Shown in pieces: positions 24,640 through 36,168 of a stretch of DNA of 64,000 bases (the first letter of the stretch is position 1; every line of letters begins with the position of its first letter). The notes beneath the pieces are model-generated. The model did no database searches, was not told the DNA's origin, and saw nothing but the letters and a program-made list of their open reading frames with translations. This DNA is from Amphiscolops sp. MND2022 (lineage: Eukaryota): assembly GCA_964187785.1 (NCBI GenBank), contig OZ076417.1, positions 34,968,001 to 35,032,000 on the forward strand, given 5' to 3'. The translations under genes were made by a program, and so were the position numbers.

Positions 24640-27490
24640 TGGAGTTAACCAAAATCTGCCAGTTTTTATTTAAGAGCAAAACAATAAAAAATGCCACAAA
24701 TTTACCAAACTCCATTCAAAAATGAACAATAGTTCCATGACACTAATACGGTATTTTAAAATTTACATATTGAAATATTATCTCTGGTAGTTGTTTTCTT
24801 ACAGTTTAAATTATGTATGCGGTCTCCACGACCCATGTATAATGATATGGTCTTACTTTCCACAGTAGCTTTCGTGGCCATCGAACAGTGAATGCTCTTT
24901 TGGTGGACACCAGGACAATATGCTTAAAGTGGTGGAAACCAGGACAATACAGTCAGATTTAAATATTGACGTACTATCTTACCTTTGGTAGTTGTTTTCT
25001 TACAGTTTAAGATATGTATGCGGTTTCCACGACACATGTTTAAAAATATGGTCTTACTTTACATTGTCGTTTTGGGGCCATTTTAAAAACGAACTCATCC
25101 GTTGAATGTTTACGGAAAAATGACAGTTCATCAAAATCTGCCATAATTTAATGACAAGACAGTTATGGATAAATGCCATGTTTTCATAAAATGCCATGCA
25201 AGATTGATCAGTTGTTTCGTGAGACTAGGATTTTTGAGACGAATTTCGTGTTTATTACAAGTCAAAGAGACAAATATTCGTTGCTAACAGTCTCGCAGCG
25301 CCTTGTTAAAGGGCCCAAAGACTAATAACAGAACTAATGATCTGTCTAGTTAAAGAGAGATTTGATGAGTGAATACTTTCAACTGACGCAACTGTATTTT
25401 ACGTTTAGACCATATCGCGAATGATCTTTCACTCTTTTTCTTTTTCTACGGTTGTTTTTACTAACAATCTGCTAGCGATCTCGAGGTTTGTTCTAGAGCT
25501 AGCCTTTTGCCACATGGACCAAATTTAGTCATCAATAATTTCACGTTTGAATTGCATTTTTAGTCAAAAGTTGTTGCTATTAAAAGTCAGAGACAAAATA
25601 AGTCCATTATATCTTTCGAGCGAACGATTCCCGGCCTCTAAAAACGCTAACCAATCAAAAATGTACCATTTCATCAAAATCTGCCAGATTTCAATAACAA
25701 GTCAGATATAAATGAATGTCAGAATATTCTAAAACGTCATTCAAAGTTGAGCAAAATTTCCATGACAATATTAAGGTATATTAGATTTTAAATATTGACG
25801 TACTATATCCCCTTTGGTAGTTGTTTTCTTACAGTTTAAGATATGTATGCGGTTTCCACGACACATGTATAATGATATGGTCTTACTTTCCACAGTAGCT
25901 TTCGTGGCCATCGAACAGTGAATGCTATTTTGGTGGAAACCAGGACAATATGCTTAAAGTGGTGGAAACCAGGACAATACAGTCAGATTTAAATATTGAC
26001 GTACTATCCCCTTTGGTAGTTGTTTTCTCACAGTTTAAGATATGTATGCGGTTTCCAGGACACATGTATAATGATATGGTCTTACTTTCCAAAGTTGTTT
26101 TCATGGCCATCGAACAGTGAATGCTATTTTGGTGGAAACCAGTACAAAATGCTTAAAGTGGTGGAAACCAGGACAATACAGTCAGATTTGCATAATAACG
26201 TACTACCCTTTGGTAATGGTTTTCTTGTAGTTTAAGATATGTATGTGGTTTCCATGACACATGTATAAAGATATCGTCTTACTTTCCACAGTCGTTTTAG
26301 GACCATCCGAGAACGAACTCATCCGTTGATTGTTTATGGAAAAATGGCAGTTGAAAAAAATTTGCCATATTTCGATGACAAGACAGTTTCAAATAAATGC
26401 CACGTTCCCAAAAAATGCCATGCAGAAATGTTTTCAGTGTTTTCGTGTGACTAGGACTTCTTTAGCCAAATTTCGTCGTTATTAGAATACAGAGTTAAAA
26501 TATGTCCCTAATATCTTTCGTGAGGAAAAAAAAGAGGGCTTTCAGTATACTAAAATGAAAAAAGATTGTTACATTTTTATCCCAATCGAGAGTAAAAAAA
26601 TATTCACGAATGAATAATTTCACTTTTGAATTGCATTTTTAGTCAAATTTCGTTGTTATTAGAAGTCAGACAGTTAAAATATGTCCTTAATATCTTTCGT
26701 GAGGACAAAAGGGAGGCCGTTCAGTATACTAAAATGAAAAAAATTTTGTGATATTTTGGTCCCAATCGTGAGTAAAAAAATTACTCACGATTGGGACCAA
26801 AACTATTTGTGATTAATTTCACCTTTGAACTACTTTTTCAGCCAAAATTCGTTGCTATTAGAAGTTAGAGAGACAAAAAGTGTCCTCAATATCTTTCGTG
26901 CGGACAAAAGCCGGCCTCTAAATTGCTGACTATTCGAAAATGTACCATTTTATCAAAATCGGCCAGATTTCAATTTTAAGGCAGATATCAATAAATGCCA
27001 GAATATTCTAAAACGCCAATCAAAATTGAGTGATTGTTCCATGACACTAATACGGTATATTAAGATTTAAATTTTGACATATACTCCCTCTGGTAGTTGT
27101 TTTCTTACAGTTTAAGATATGTATGCGGATTCCACGACACATGTATAAAGATATGGTCCTACTTTCCATTGTCGTTTTAGTACCATTCAAGAACTAGCTC
27201 ATTCGTTAAATGCTTTTGAAAAACAGGCAGTTGACAAAAATTTGCTAAATTTTGATGACGAGGTAGTTATAAATATATGCCATGTTTTCTTAAAATGCCG
27301 TGCAAAACTGTTTCTGTGTTTTGGTGAGACCAAGACCTTTTTAGCCGAAATTCGTGAAATGCTATTGGAAAATGGCAGTTGATAAAAATCTGCCACGTTT
27401 TGACAAAAAGACAATTCTGAATAAATGCCTTTTTTTATAAATTGCTTGCAAACTTGTTTTCAATGTTTTGTTTTCATTAGACTAGGACTT
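24640..27490 (-). repeat. Large R1 array in reverse orientation
   Basis: At least six reverse R1 cores (~24830, 25030, 25870, 26070, 26270, 27150) and a palindrome at ~26756. ~24700-25800 is an inverted copy of ~58450-59500. Confidence 0.9.
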
Positions 27491-27589
27491 TGTTAGCCAA
27501 ATTTACTGGCTCTAGTTTTACTTTTTGTCCGCTTCCAAAGCTTCTCTGTTGGCTAACGCCCTCTTTTTGAAAAACACGAATATTTGTGT

Positions 27590-28720
27590 TATATAATATT
27601 TATTTTCCTCTCTCTGCGCGTTTCTCTCTCTACGGTAACTCAAACAATTTAGAGCTTTGTACAGAAAATGACTGTATATGAAAAAATTAATTGATCATTT
27701 AAATACAAAAATATATATATATATCAAAAGAACGAATCAACAAATCAATAAGTTTCATCTGTTGAAGCAGTGAAAGAGTGGCTCGAGAGGGCTTATAATA
27801 TCTTCTTTGGGTTTCTGCTGTACTGGATTTGATTTGAGGGGTACTGGTTGTGTTTAGAGCTGAGCCCTAAAAGGCTTAACATGAAGATTATTGTTCGGTC
27901 TCCAGATGTCATCGAAAATGATCTCTTCATCGTACGTGTTTTTTCGTGTAACTTCGTACTTTGTTTTCCCGTTGGGGTAGAACACTTGGCAGTAGTAGCA
28001 AAACCCAACTTTGCGTGGGGTATGCGACTTTCCATGTAACTTATTAACTGCGTTTTCGCCGTTTTGTGAGATGAGTTTATCCATTGAAGCAAGAAGCGAA
28101 AATGAGTACAGATGTATGAATTGTGGAGAGAGACTGGGTGCAGAAGAGGGTTTGCGGAGAGACCGAGTATAGATTACCTGGTAAGAGAGACTGATTGATG
28201 GCAGAATGAGAACAGAAGGAGGAGAGAGACTGAATGATGACAAAAAGAATAGAGACTGGATCGTTTGAGTTTGTTTGGCAACAATGAAAGAAATGTAATT
28301 GAAAGCCAAAGTTTTTGGTTAACCCTTATTGGTTGAAATACTGCTTTGATGTCAGAATAAAATTCGAATAAAGTGTTTGGTTCTAATTACTTGATTATAA
28401 ATGGCTTTTACCCTGCCGTCTTTTTCAAAGGTAATTGTATTTTGTCTGTAATTGCGCAAAATGCCCCCTCCCCAAGCGACCGCAGGGGAAATAAGGTTTA
28501 ATTCTGACTGTATTGTCCTGGTTTCCACCAAAATAGCATTCACTGTTCGATGGCCACGAAAGCGACTGTGGAAAGTAAGAACATATATTTATACATGTGT
28601 CTTGGAAACCGCATACATATCTTAAACTGTAAGAAAACAACTACCAAAGGAGGTAGTACGTCAATATGTAAATTTTGATATACCGTATTAGTGTCATGGA
28701 AAAATTGCTCAAGTTTGAAA
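27590..28720 (+). repeat. Right inverted-repeat arm
   Basis: Reverse complement of ~4090-5430, e.g. ttcctctctctgcgcgtttctctctctacggtaactcaa versus ttgagttaccgtagagagaaacgcgcagagagaggaa. Confidence 0.85.
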
Positions 28721-28834
28721 GCATCTGTAAAATCAGAGGAGCTGTTCAAAGGTTGGTTCACCATAAACGCAGAAGAATTCATAAAAGGGAAAGAACAACA
28801 ACAAGATTTAATTTCTGACTTGTGGATAGCCGCC

Positions 28835-29220
28835 GTGAAAATAACATCTGGAAACCAAATTCGTACGCGTCTCGATTTTTAGCAAAATTCGAAATGAACT
28901 ATTCCATAAACGAATTATAATTATTAGTTGTTGTGGTAGACATGTAAATTATGTAACAATCGCCGCAATCAAACGGCTACTGAAATGCAAGAAAGTAGTG
29001 AACAGCCAATCAAAAGCCGAGAATAGCGTGCTTACGGGTGCGAGCGAAAGCAACAGTGGTGAACGAAACGACGTTTCAAATACATGAACGGCGTTAACAA
29101 GTTAATTGAAAACGGATCTAATTCGCAAATTGCCAAAACCATGCAAAACGCCAGTGAGTCAAAAATATGTAAAAATTACATTCGCGCCAAATATGAAGAA
29201 GATAGACATTTGCAGAAAAT
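28835..29220 (-). repeat. R2-related fragment
   Basis: 28835-28960 matches the reverse complement of 10190-10310. 29100-29220 matches the reverse complement of ~20660-20790 (transposase gene intron). Confidence 0.65.
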
Positions 29221-29224
29221 GATA

Positions 29225-30850
29225 AAAACTAGTAAAATCTAAAGATGCGGCGCAAATCGCCAGACTTCCAGTTCCGTGGAGAGAAAAGTTTACCGCGTTT
29301 AATTTGGATTCGAATAACTTGCTTTACATGAACGAACGCCTCGTTATTCCTAAAAACATGCGAGAAAATTTGATGAACGCAATACACTTTGGGCACCCAG
29401 GCAGGGACGCGATGTTACGCGACGCTGCAGATGTCTGGTGGCCTAAAATACACCGTGAAATTATAGAGAAAGCCAGTAATTGCCCGCAGTGCAGATTAGA
29501 AGGTAAGAATTTAAAATTTGTCAAATCACAAAAAGAATTTGGGGACCATGTCATCTATCCCCCCCCCAGGTACACCTTGTTGAAAATAGGACCGCCCCCC
29601 CTCACAACACGAAAGCACTTTTTGTTCTCGAATAAAACTATTTCACTAATAACAGAATATTATATGAAAGTAAATACTTATAGGACTGTCTCTACAACTG
29701 TTTTGACACTTCAGGCAAAAACATGCCCTAATTTTGTTGAAAATATTGTCCAAAATAGCAGAAATGCACGTTTAAAACAAGCTAAAATCGTATAAATTGG
29801 GCCTCAATTCAACACAAATTTTCTGCGTGATAGAATCTAATGAGCAACTTTTAACTGACAGTCAATGTAATGGAAAGGATTATGTCGACATCAATTATTT
29901 TATTGGACCAAAATTTGGATTGACGGAATTGTTTCAGAAAACGACCCAAAGTTAGTGTTGGAAGAAGACGACTTCAGCCCAGACGTCGACTCTACAGTGC
30001 TAATTAGAGAAAGAACGCGTGGTTCGAAATTGGAGGGAACATTCAAAAAGAAAACGCCTCAGCCAATTGGAGAATTGGACCATACTGTGACAATTCTGCC
30101 AAACAGAGGAAGCCCTGTGGTATTATCCCAAAGAGATATAGCAATCGAGAGAAAAGAGGCGAATAACCCGGGACCGTCAAAAAGGCAGGAAGTATCGGAT
30201 GATGAAATTAGCAGCAGTGAAGAAAGAAGGCCAAAACAAGTCAACTTGCCAAATAGTCAAGAAATGCCAAATGAGGCCGAATTGCCAATTGAGGAAGAGG
30301 TACTAGAAGGGCCAGAGACGTCAAGTGAGGTGCACATGCCGAAGCGAAAAACAACAAGACTGGAAACAGTATCGACAGAAGAAGAAGAGATGAAAGAAGA
30401 CACGAAATATCCGGAAGAAAAGGAAAAAGAGGAGTCTCCGAGAAAAGGAGGAAAAACAAGATCAGGCAGAACCGTGAAGAAACCCAAATGGTTGGGTCAC
30501 AATGTTATGGTTTCGGCCATAAAGAAAGCTGAAGCAAAATAAAAGTCTTCCAATTTTGAACTTTTACTGAAGTGAAGTTCTTAATTGTGCTATGTTATTC
30601 ACAATGCGTTTTGTTTCACAATTGTATTATCCATAACCAAGTACTAAATTATCCTAATTTGTAGTCTAATAATCCCTGAAGTATTATTATAAAAAAGGGA
30701 ATGTAGACATGTAAATGCGCAAGTACCTGCCATAATACCAATTATTGCCATTCGTTACAGATTCGTCAATACAGTTGTTATTGCCATTTCTCTTTCTTTT
30801 GCCAAGTCATCGCAAAACGTTAACAGCTGTAGTCAATTGAACATCTTACA
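29225..30850 (+). mobile_element. Gypsy-type remnant: integrase H2C2 zinc domain, C-terminal tail, PPT and short LTR
   Basis: RLVIPKNMRENLMNAIHFGHPG..WWPKIH..CPQC (29304 ORF) and tail ORF 29955..30542. PPT aaaaaagggaa precedes TGTAG at 30702. Integrase core is missing. Confidence 0.8.
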
Positions 30851-31230
30851 AATTACGTAAGGGGTACGTCAAAATTTAAAAACTAATATACCGAGCCATA
30901 CAACAAAAAAAGCTAATCTTTCCATGTGCAAATCAATCTAGTTCCAACATATTGGCTGTAACAGCACTAAAAGCTAGTAATTTGAATTCTGTTGAATGGG
31001 ACCAAATTTTCATTTTCTGTTGTATTTGATTGATGGAACATGGATTCCAATGGATTTTTAACAATATTGGGATGATAATCTACAGTAGTGAAAGAAATGT
31101 TTCGCATTTGATTAGTGGCAAACGTTCCGGGCGATAAATATTTTAGCTAAATACTCTAACATTAAAGCGTCTTCGGAAAAATTGTCCAACCCGAAAGTTT
31201 TTTTTGCTATTTATTATTTCTACCTTTTTT

Positions 31231-31430
31231 NNNNNNNNNNNNNNNNNNNNNNNNNNNNNNNNNNNNNNNNNNNNNNNNNNNNNNNNNNNNNNNNNNNNNN
31301 NNNNNNNNNNNNNNNNNNNNNNNNNNNNNNNNNNNNNNNNNNNNNNNNNNNNNNNNNNNNNNNNNNNNNNNNNNNNNNNNNNNNNNNNNNNNNNNNNNNN
31401 NNNNNNNNNNNNNNNNNNNNNNNNNNNNNN
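31231..31430. other. Assembly gap (200 N)
   Basis: Run of N. Confidence 1.
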
Positions 31431-31460
31431 AAATCATTTTGAATTTTGACATTGAAATAT

Positions 31461-31462
<2 letters not shown>

Positions 31463-31508
<46 letters not shown>
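31463..31508. repeat. (AT)n microsatellite
   Basis: About 23 AT units. Confidence 0.95.
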
Positions 31509-31510
<2 letters not shown>

Positions 31511-32617
31511 ATGATATTGATGAATTGCCAAACAAGAAGACCAGAAGAGACTCTGTTAACTTTTCAGGGATGTAACGGCACCCTCTAATACACATACTAG
31601 GACTGATGATCGTGATGAAGAAGATCGAGAAACTTATCAGAAAACTTTTAACGAGGCATTGGACATGTGATAGCTCATTCTGCTGTATCAGTCATTTGGC
31701 GTGAAAGACGATTGTTGACCAGGGAGGAAATGGAAAAGGCTGAAAAGCTTTTCAAAATTATACCCTCCTTTTAACAGGTGCTATACCTACGCATTTAGCA
31801 TTCTGCTACTTAATGTAGTGAGTACATAATTAAGCAAACAACTGAATTGTAGTCTCTTTGCCTAAATTACATAGGCTTTACTAGGAGTGGATTGCGTTCT
31901 TTACACGAAACAACAAAACTACTTCTACGATCTCTGTAGTTGCTGAGTCTCAACGCTTGGATAGTAGTTTTCTGTGACTGACCGAAAAGATTCCTAATCT
32001 CAGCCGATATTTACTCCCTCGAAGAGGTCTTAAATCTCTCCCGCTCAGAAACGAACGTTTGGCCCAAACGGGAAGGACCTGTTACGGAAATCATTTGTTC
32101 GTCTGTTTCAACACTGTCTACTGTGAGAGAATCCCATCGCTGGTTGGGAAACATACGTTCCTCTCGCCCTCCAATAAAGTCGCTTTCCTTTTCTGGTTTC
32201 TTGTCGCCATTTCTCAAAACAATAACTTTGAAAGACTCAGGTAAGTTTTAATTTTCGAAGCAAAAAACGAAGAAATTACAGAACAGCAATTAACACGATT
32301 AATAATCAAAAATCAGGGCTCTACATATTTATATCCTCCTAGCATCATCAATTCACGGTTGCGTACCTCTAATGTGCTTGATTCTCAGTCATTTCCGGTG
32401 GTATCAGAGTGAAATTCAGGATGGTTCATGTAATAAGACATAACGTCGGAGTTGGTCATTTCCAATCGTTACTTAGTCATAATCTTCGCACCTACGTAGT
32501 CGTAGTAGTTTTAATCAGTACAAGATAGTCTTTTGAAAACTAAGCGATAGATTTTCAAGGTGGCGTTGATAAGCTGGAAGTAGGAATCATTTTTTCATCG
32601 AAACAACCCAACTTAGT

Positions 32618-33075
32618 TTCAAACAAGCCGAGAACGGCCAAAGTCGGCGCCATATCTAAGGCTCAAAATTGTGAAAGGGGGGACCTTCGGGCTTTTTGAA
32701 ACTCCAGCTGGTTGCAAAATATGAAAAAAATTCAAGGGGGGACCCTTTGGGGACTTGAAAAAATTTCCCAAAACAATTTTGAAATAGAGATTTTTGAACA
32801 GTGTCACAGTGCCGAAAAATGTAAAAGGGGGACCCTTTAGGATTTTTTAACTTCTATTGTGTTGCAGAATATCGAAACAAATGAAGGGGGACCCTTTGGT
32901 GCAATCCAAAAAGTTTCAAAAAAGTCGCAAAGTGTCGAAAAAAAGTGGGGCTGTGGGGGGATCCTTAGTGTGATTTCGAGGTTTAGGACGTCTGTTTTGT
33001 TTTTTCTTTTCGTTTTGGACGCGCTTTTGAGGTTGGAGTTGTTGAGGTTTGAATTCAAACAAAAGACGCCGTTCT
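32618..33075. repeat. Non-autonomous repeat with recurrent aaggggggaccctt motif
   Basis: Motif at ~32675, 32735, 32826, 32885. Inverse aaagggtccc motifs at ~46885-47015 suggest a second related copy. Confidence 0.55.
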
Positions 33076-34707
33076 AGTTTTGAAAGCAGCTGAGACCTTA
33101 ATCAATTTTACCGCGCTTTCAATGCAAATAATTTTCAGTCACATTATAAGTTTCAAAGTACCGTCATATTCAGCGTGCTATTTGACTAATGGTGTTTACA
33201 CAAGGTAGAGAAACTTATGCGTGAAAACAAAGTGATCGCTGCGACGAAGAAGTGGAATTGTTTTCAGTTTTAATTTAAATAGTGAAGGCTGCATTGTAAT
33301 CCTACAAAATGTTTCCATGCACGGTCCCGGAATTTTCCATGTTTTATAAAAAATTAGCCTGCTTGCTTCCATGCAGCATGTAAAAAGTTCAAGCAATCTC
33401 GACTAGGGAAGTTGTTGAGGTTTGACGTTGTTGAACAAATGAACAAAAAAGTGGACCTTACGCGTCTAAAAAAACTACCCACTGTAAGAGTCGGGCACAT
33501 TTTCTACTAAAATGCGCCGACTAAAAACGGGAAAAGGAAAACGAAATCCAGTCGGGCGTGAAACCATGGATGACTAATTGGTAATGCAAAAGGAATACGG
33601 GCACTTGAGATTTTCATGATAGTGTTTAAAACCGATAATGCTAAAAGAGGAGTTTAGAAAATGAATACGAATATGTTATGACTCGGAATGATTCCCTCCG
33701 GATAATCTGGAAAAAGAAACCTGCACTAAGTTTGACAACTTAGCAACAATGTTTTTGCATATAAACACTTTTACGGCGTTCATGACATCAGGTGACGAAA
33801 GAAGCCCGTCAGCTCTATAGTGTATTCACTGCATCAACACGTATTAACTCAAGTAAGTAATTACTTCAACATTACCAGTACTAATAGTTTACATTCCTAC
33901 AAAATGGAAAATTGATAAGGCGTTGTTGGGATTGGTATGTAGGACGAAAAAAAGGAAACTAGCTAAAACTTGCCAGCGCCGGGTGTAAGAGCTTTAATCT
34001 TCCATATCCTTAACGATCTTGGCAGCATAAGTCATATATTACATGAAAATTGGTGCTTCAACTAAGTTTGATTTACTGTTGATGCGGTGTCAACGTATTT
34101 GCAACACTACTTCTCAATTGTGACGTAGTCATGACGTAGATTATTTCAGTGTTTATACTCGAGTACTAGTTACAACGAGATCTTGGTTAACCTAACAGCA
34201 TTAGACAACCCATGTTGAGCACTCCCTGCGAATCTGTACAGATCTGTACAGATCCTTGCAGATGTTCCAGGATTTCTTAAAAATTAACCATACCAATAAG
34301 TTACTATATCGTATTCCGAATTTCCAGCAATTACTAAAACTACTCCAGCAAACCATGTTTCCGAAATATTACAACCACAACACTCTATCAACACCTCTAC
34401 CAACCCAGAAGGTTGTCACATGTCGAATTTCATCCGTCAAAACGAAGTCAATATGGCAAACGAGCCTCTCAAAGTTGAAAAACCACTTCTGGAAAGTTCA
34501 AGTGAAATGGATAAATTACAGTGTATAACCAACACCGAACATTCTCCAGACACCAAAATTACCGTGATGGGGACATGATTTTTTTGAGCGATGGAGAGTT
34601 TCAACTGACTGAGCCTTGGTCAGCAAAAAAATCTACTGAAGAAGCTAAAAATGAAATGCATAGTTTCACTAAAAGGCCCGGAAAAAATTTTGCGTTTGTA
34701 AATATTT

Positions 34708-35315
34708 TGGTGTGTAAATATTTGCGTTTGAGGTTGTATGACGGCATGCATCGGTCATTATGACACGTAATTATACAAATTATCCATTAAGCTGAGGTTT
34801 TACTACTGCATATCCCAGTTGTCATGGTGACTGAGTTAATTATTGTTATTTGAAGATTGATTACTAAGTGAAATCGTACGAAGCACTAATATAAATGGAG
34901 GAAGCGTTATGAATATGAAGGATCAAGTATTTCAGTAATACTTTACATCTAACGTTAAAATGATTAAATGGTGAAATATCAAGGTAGCTGACGACTGTTT
35001 GTTCCAGTCTTATATGTGAAAGTATATGATCAAACACGGGATTAAAAGCACATTTCAGTAAAATGTTGTTGTTGACGACTGATGATTCCAGTCATGATTT
35101 CATGTATTTCTAAACGATGCAAAATAAACATGATTGGTATCGGTACATGTATTCATTGGCGACTGCTAGCTCCAGTCGTTATTTATTTAACGGTTTTGCT
35201 TGGTAACTAGTTCACTATAATATATGTACATGGTGACTTGTGTTTTAGGGAGTTTGTGTGAATGAATTAGTTTTTTAGAGTTTGTTTATTTCTCTCATGC
35301 TCAACCTGCATGACA
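34708..35315 (-). repeat. 3' LTR (608 bp)
   Basis: Highly similar to 43528-44132 and adjacent to the PPT. Confidence 0.9.
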
Positions 35316-36168
35316 CCCCCCCTTTTGAGAGAGAACAAGCTGTAGGGGTAGGTGAAAGGTGACGACGGAGGTTTTCAGTAGCGGGTGGTAGAGTAAATGA
35401 AGTCGGTAGTGGACAGCGTCTAAATGGATTGAAGGTAGTGGAAACTTGTGGCTGTAAATGAAGCGGCCGTTACACTCGGAAGCATGAATGAACAAGATGA
35501 AGCAGTCAATAGCAGGCACGCGGAAGTTGGAGCGTAGAGTATTTAAAGAAATAGTTGGACAGCCATGTCATCCATGTAGTGCGCATTGAGTCGAATGTTT
35601 ATTTAAGCAATTTTTCATCGATCATCGGCAGTTGATTGATTTGTTGTGTTGCTATCGTGAGTATCAGTCGCGTTTATTAGTATCTCCTGCATTGATTTGA
35701 GCCTTGAACTTGTTTCCATTCATCTTCGTTTGTCATCCGTTGGCTTTGCTCATTCTTCCACAATGATAAAGTGTATCCCTTTTTTGTTTTGTCAGGGAGT
35801 CCGGTATTCTTTGGTTTTGCAGCTATTGTGGTTTAGTAAACGGGTAAATGTACTTTAATTGTCAGGTGTCCATCATTCCAGAGATAGGTAGGGGCGTTTA
35901 GCGTTTGGGTGGGAAACACGACTGTCTTCTTTCTGCATATTTAAAATAGCATTTGATATTAGTTGGATTTTAACCAAGGTGGTTATCCATGAATTTCCAG
36001 TGTTACTTGAGTAAGACTGTTTGACAGGGGGGTTAGATATCCATTGTTTGTTGAAATAGGTGATCAGTCTATAACAACTGTGAAAGGAAGAATGAGCTTT
36101 CGCAGTCGTGTATTCTTGAATTTGTTGTTTTACCCGGAGTGTTGTGGTTATCAGTTACTTCACCCAAG

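Noticed and set aside
1600-28720. R1 arrays as CRISPR-like repeat-spacer arrays
   Set aside because: Modules are long and variable with no unique spacers, there are no cas genes, and the context is eukaryotic.
3835-28720. Maverick/Polinton or endogenous giant virus
   Set aside because: No protein-primed DNA polymerase, capsid, packaging ATPase or other viral hallmark was seen, and the genes are intron-rich.
28691-28882. Short ORF with DLWIAAV (PIN-like?)
   Set aside because: It starts in R1 and ends in R2 sequence, and is too short to support a domain.
3480-30850. Cluster inserted into a single Gypsy element
   Set aside because: The flanking integrase pieces are in the wrong order (core on the left, N-terminal H2C2 on the right) for a simple insertion.
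31182-31452. ORFs spanning N runs (also 56070-56451)
   Set aside because: Artefacts of assembly gaps.
32399-32409. tggtatcagag tRNA-Met PBS-like motif
   Set aside because: No adjacent CA-ending LTR or downstream gag was recognised.
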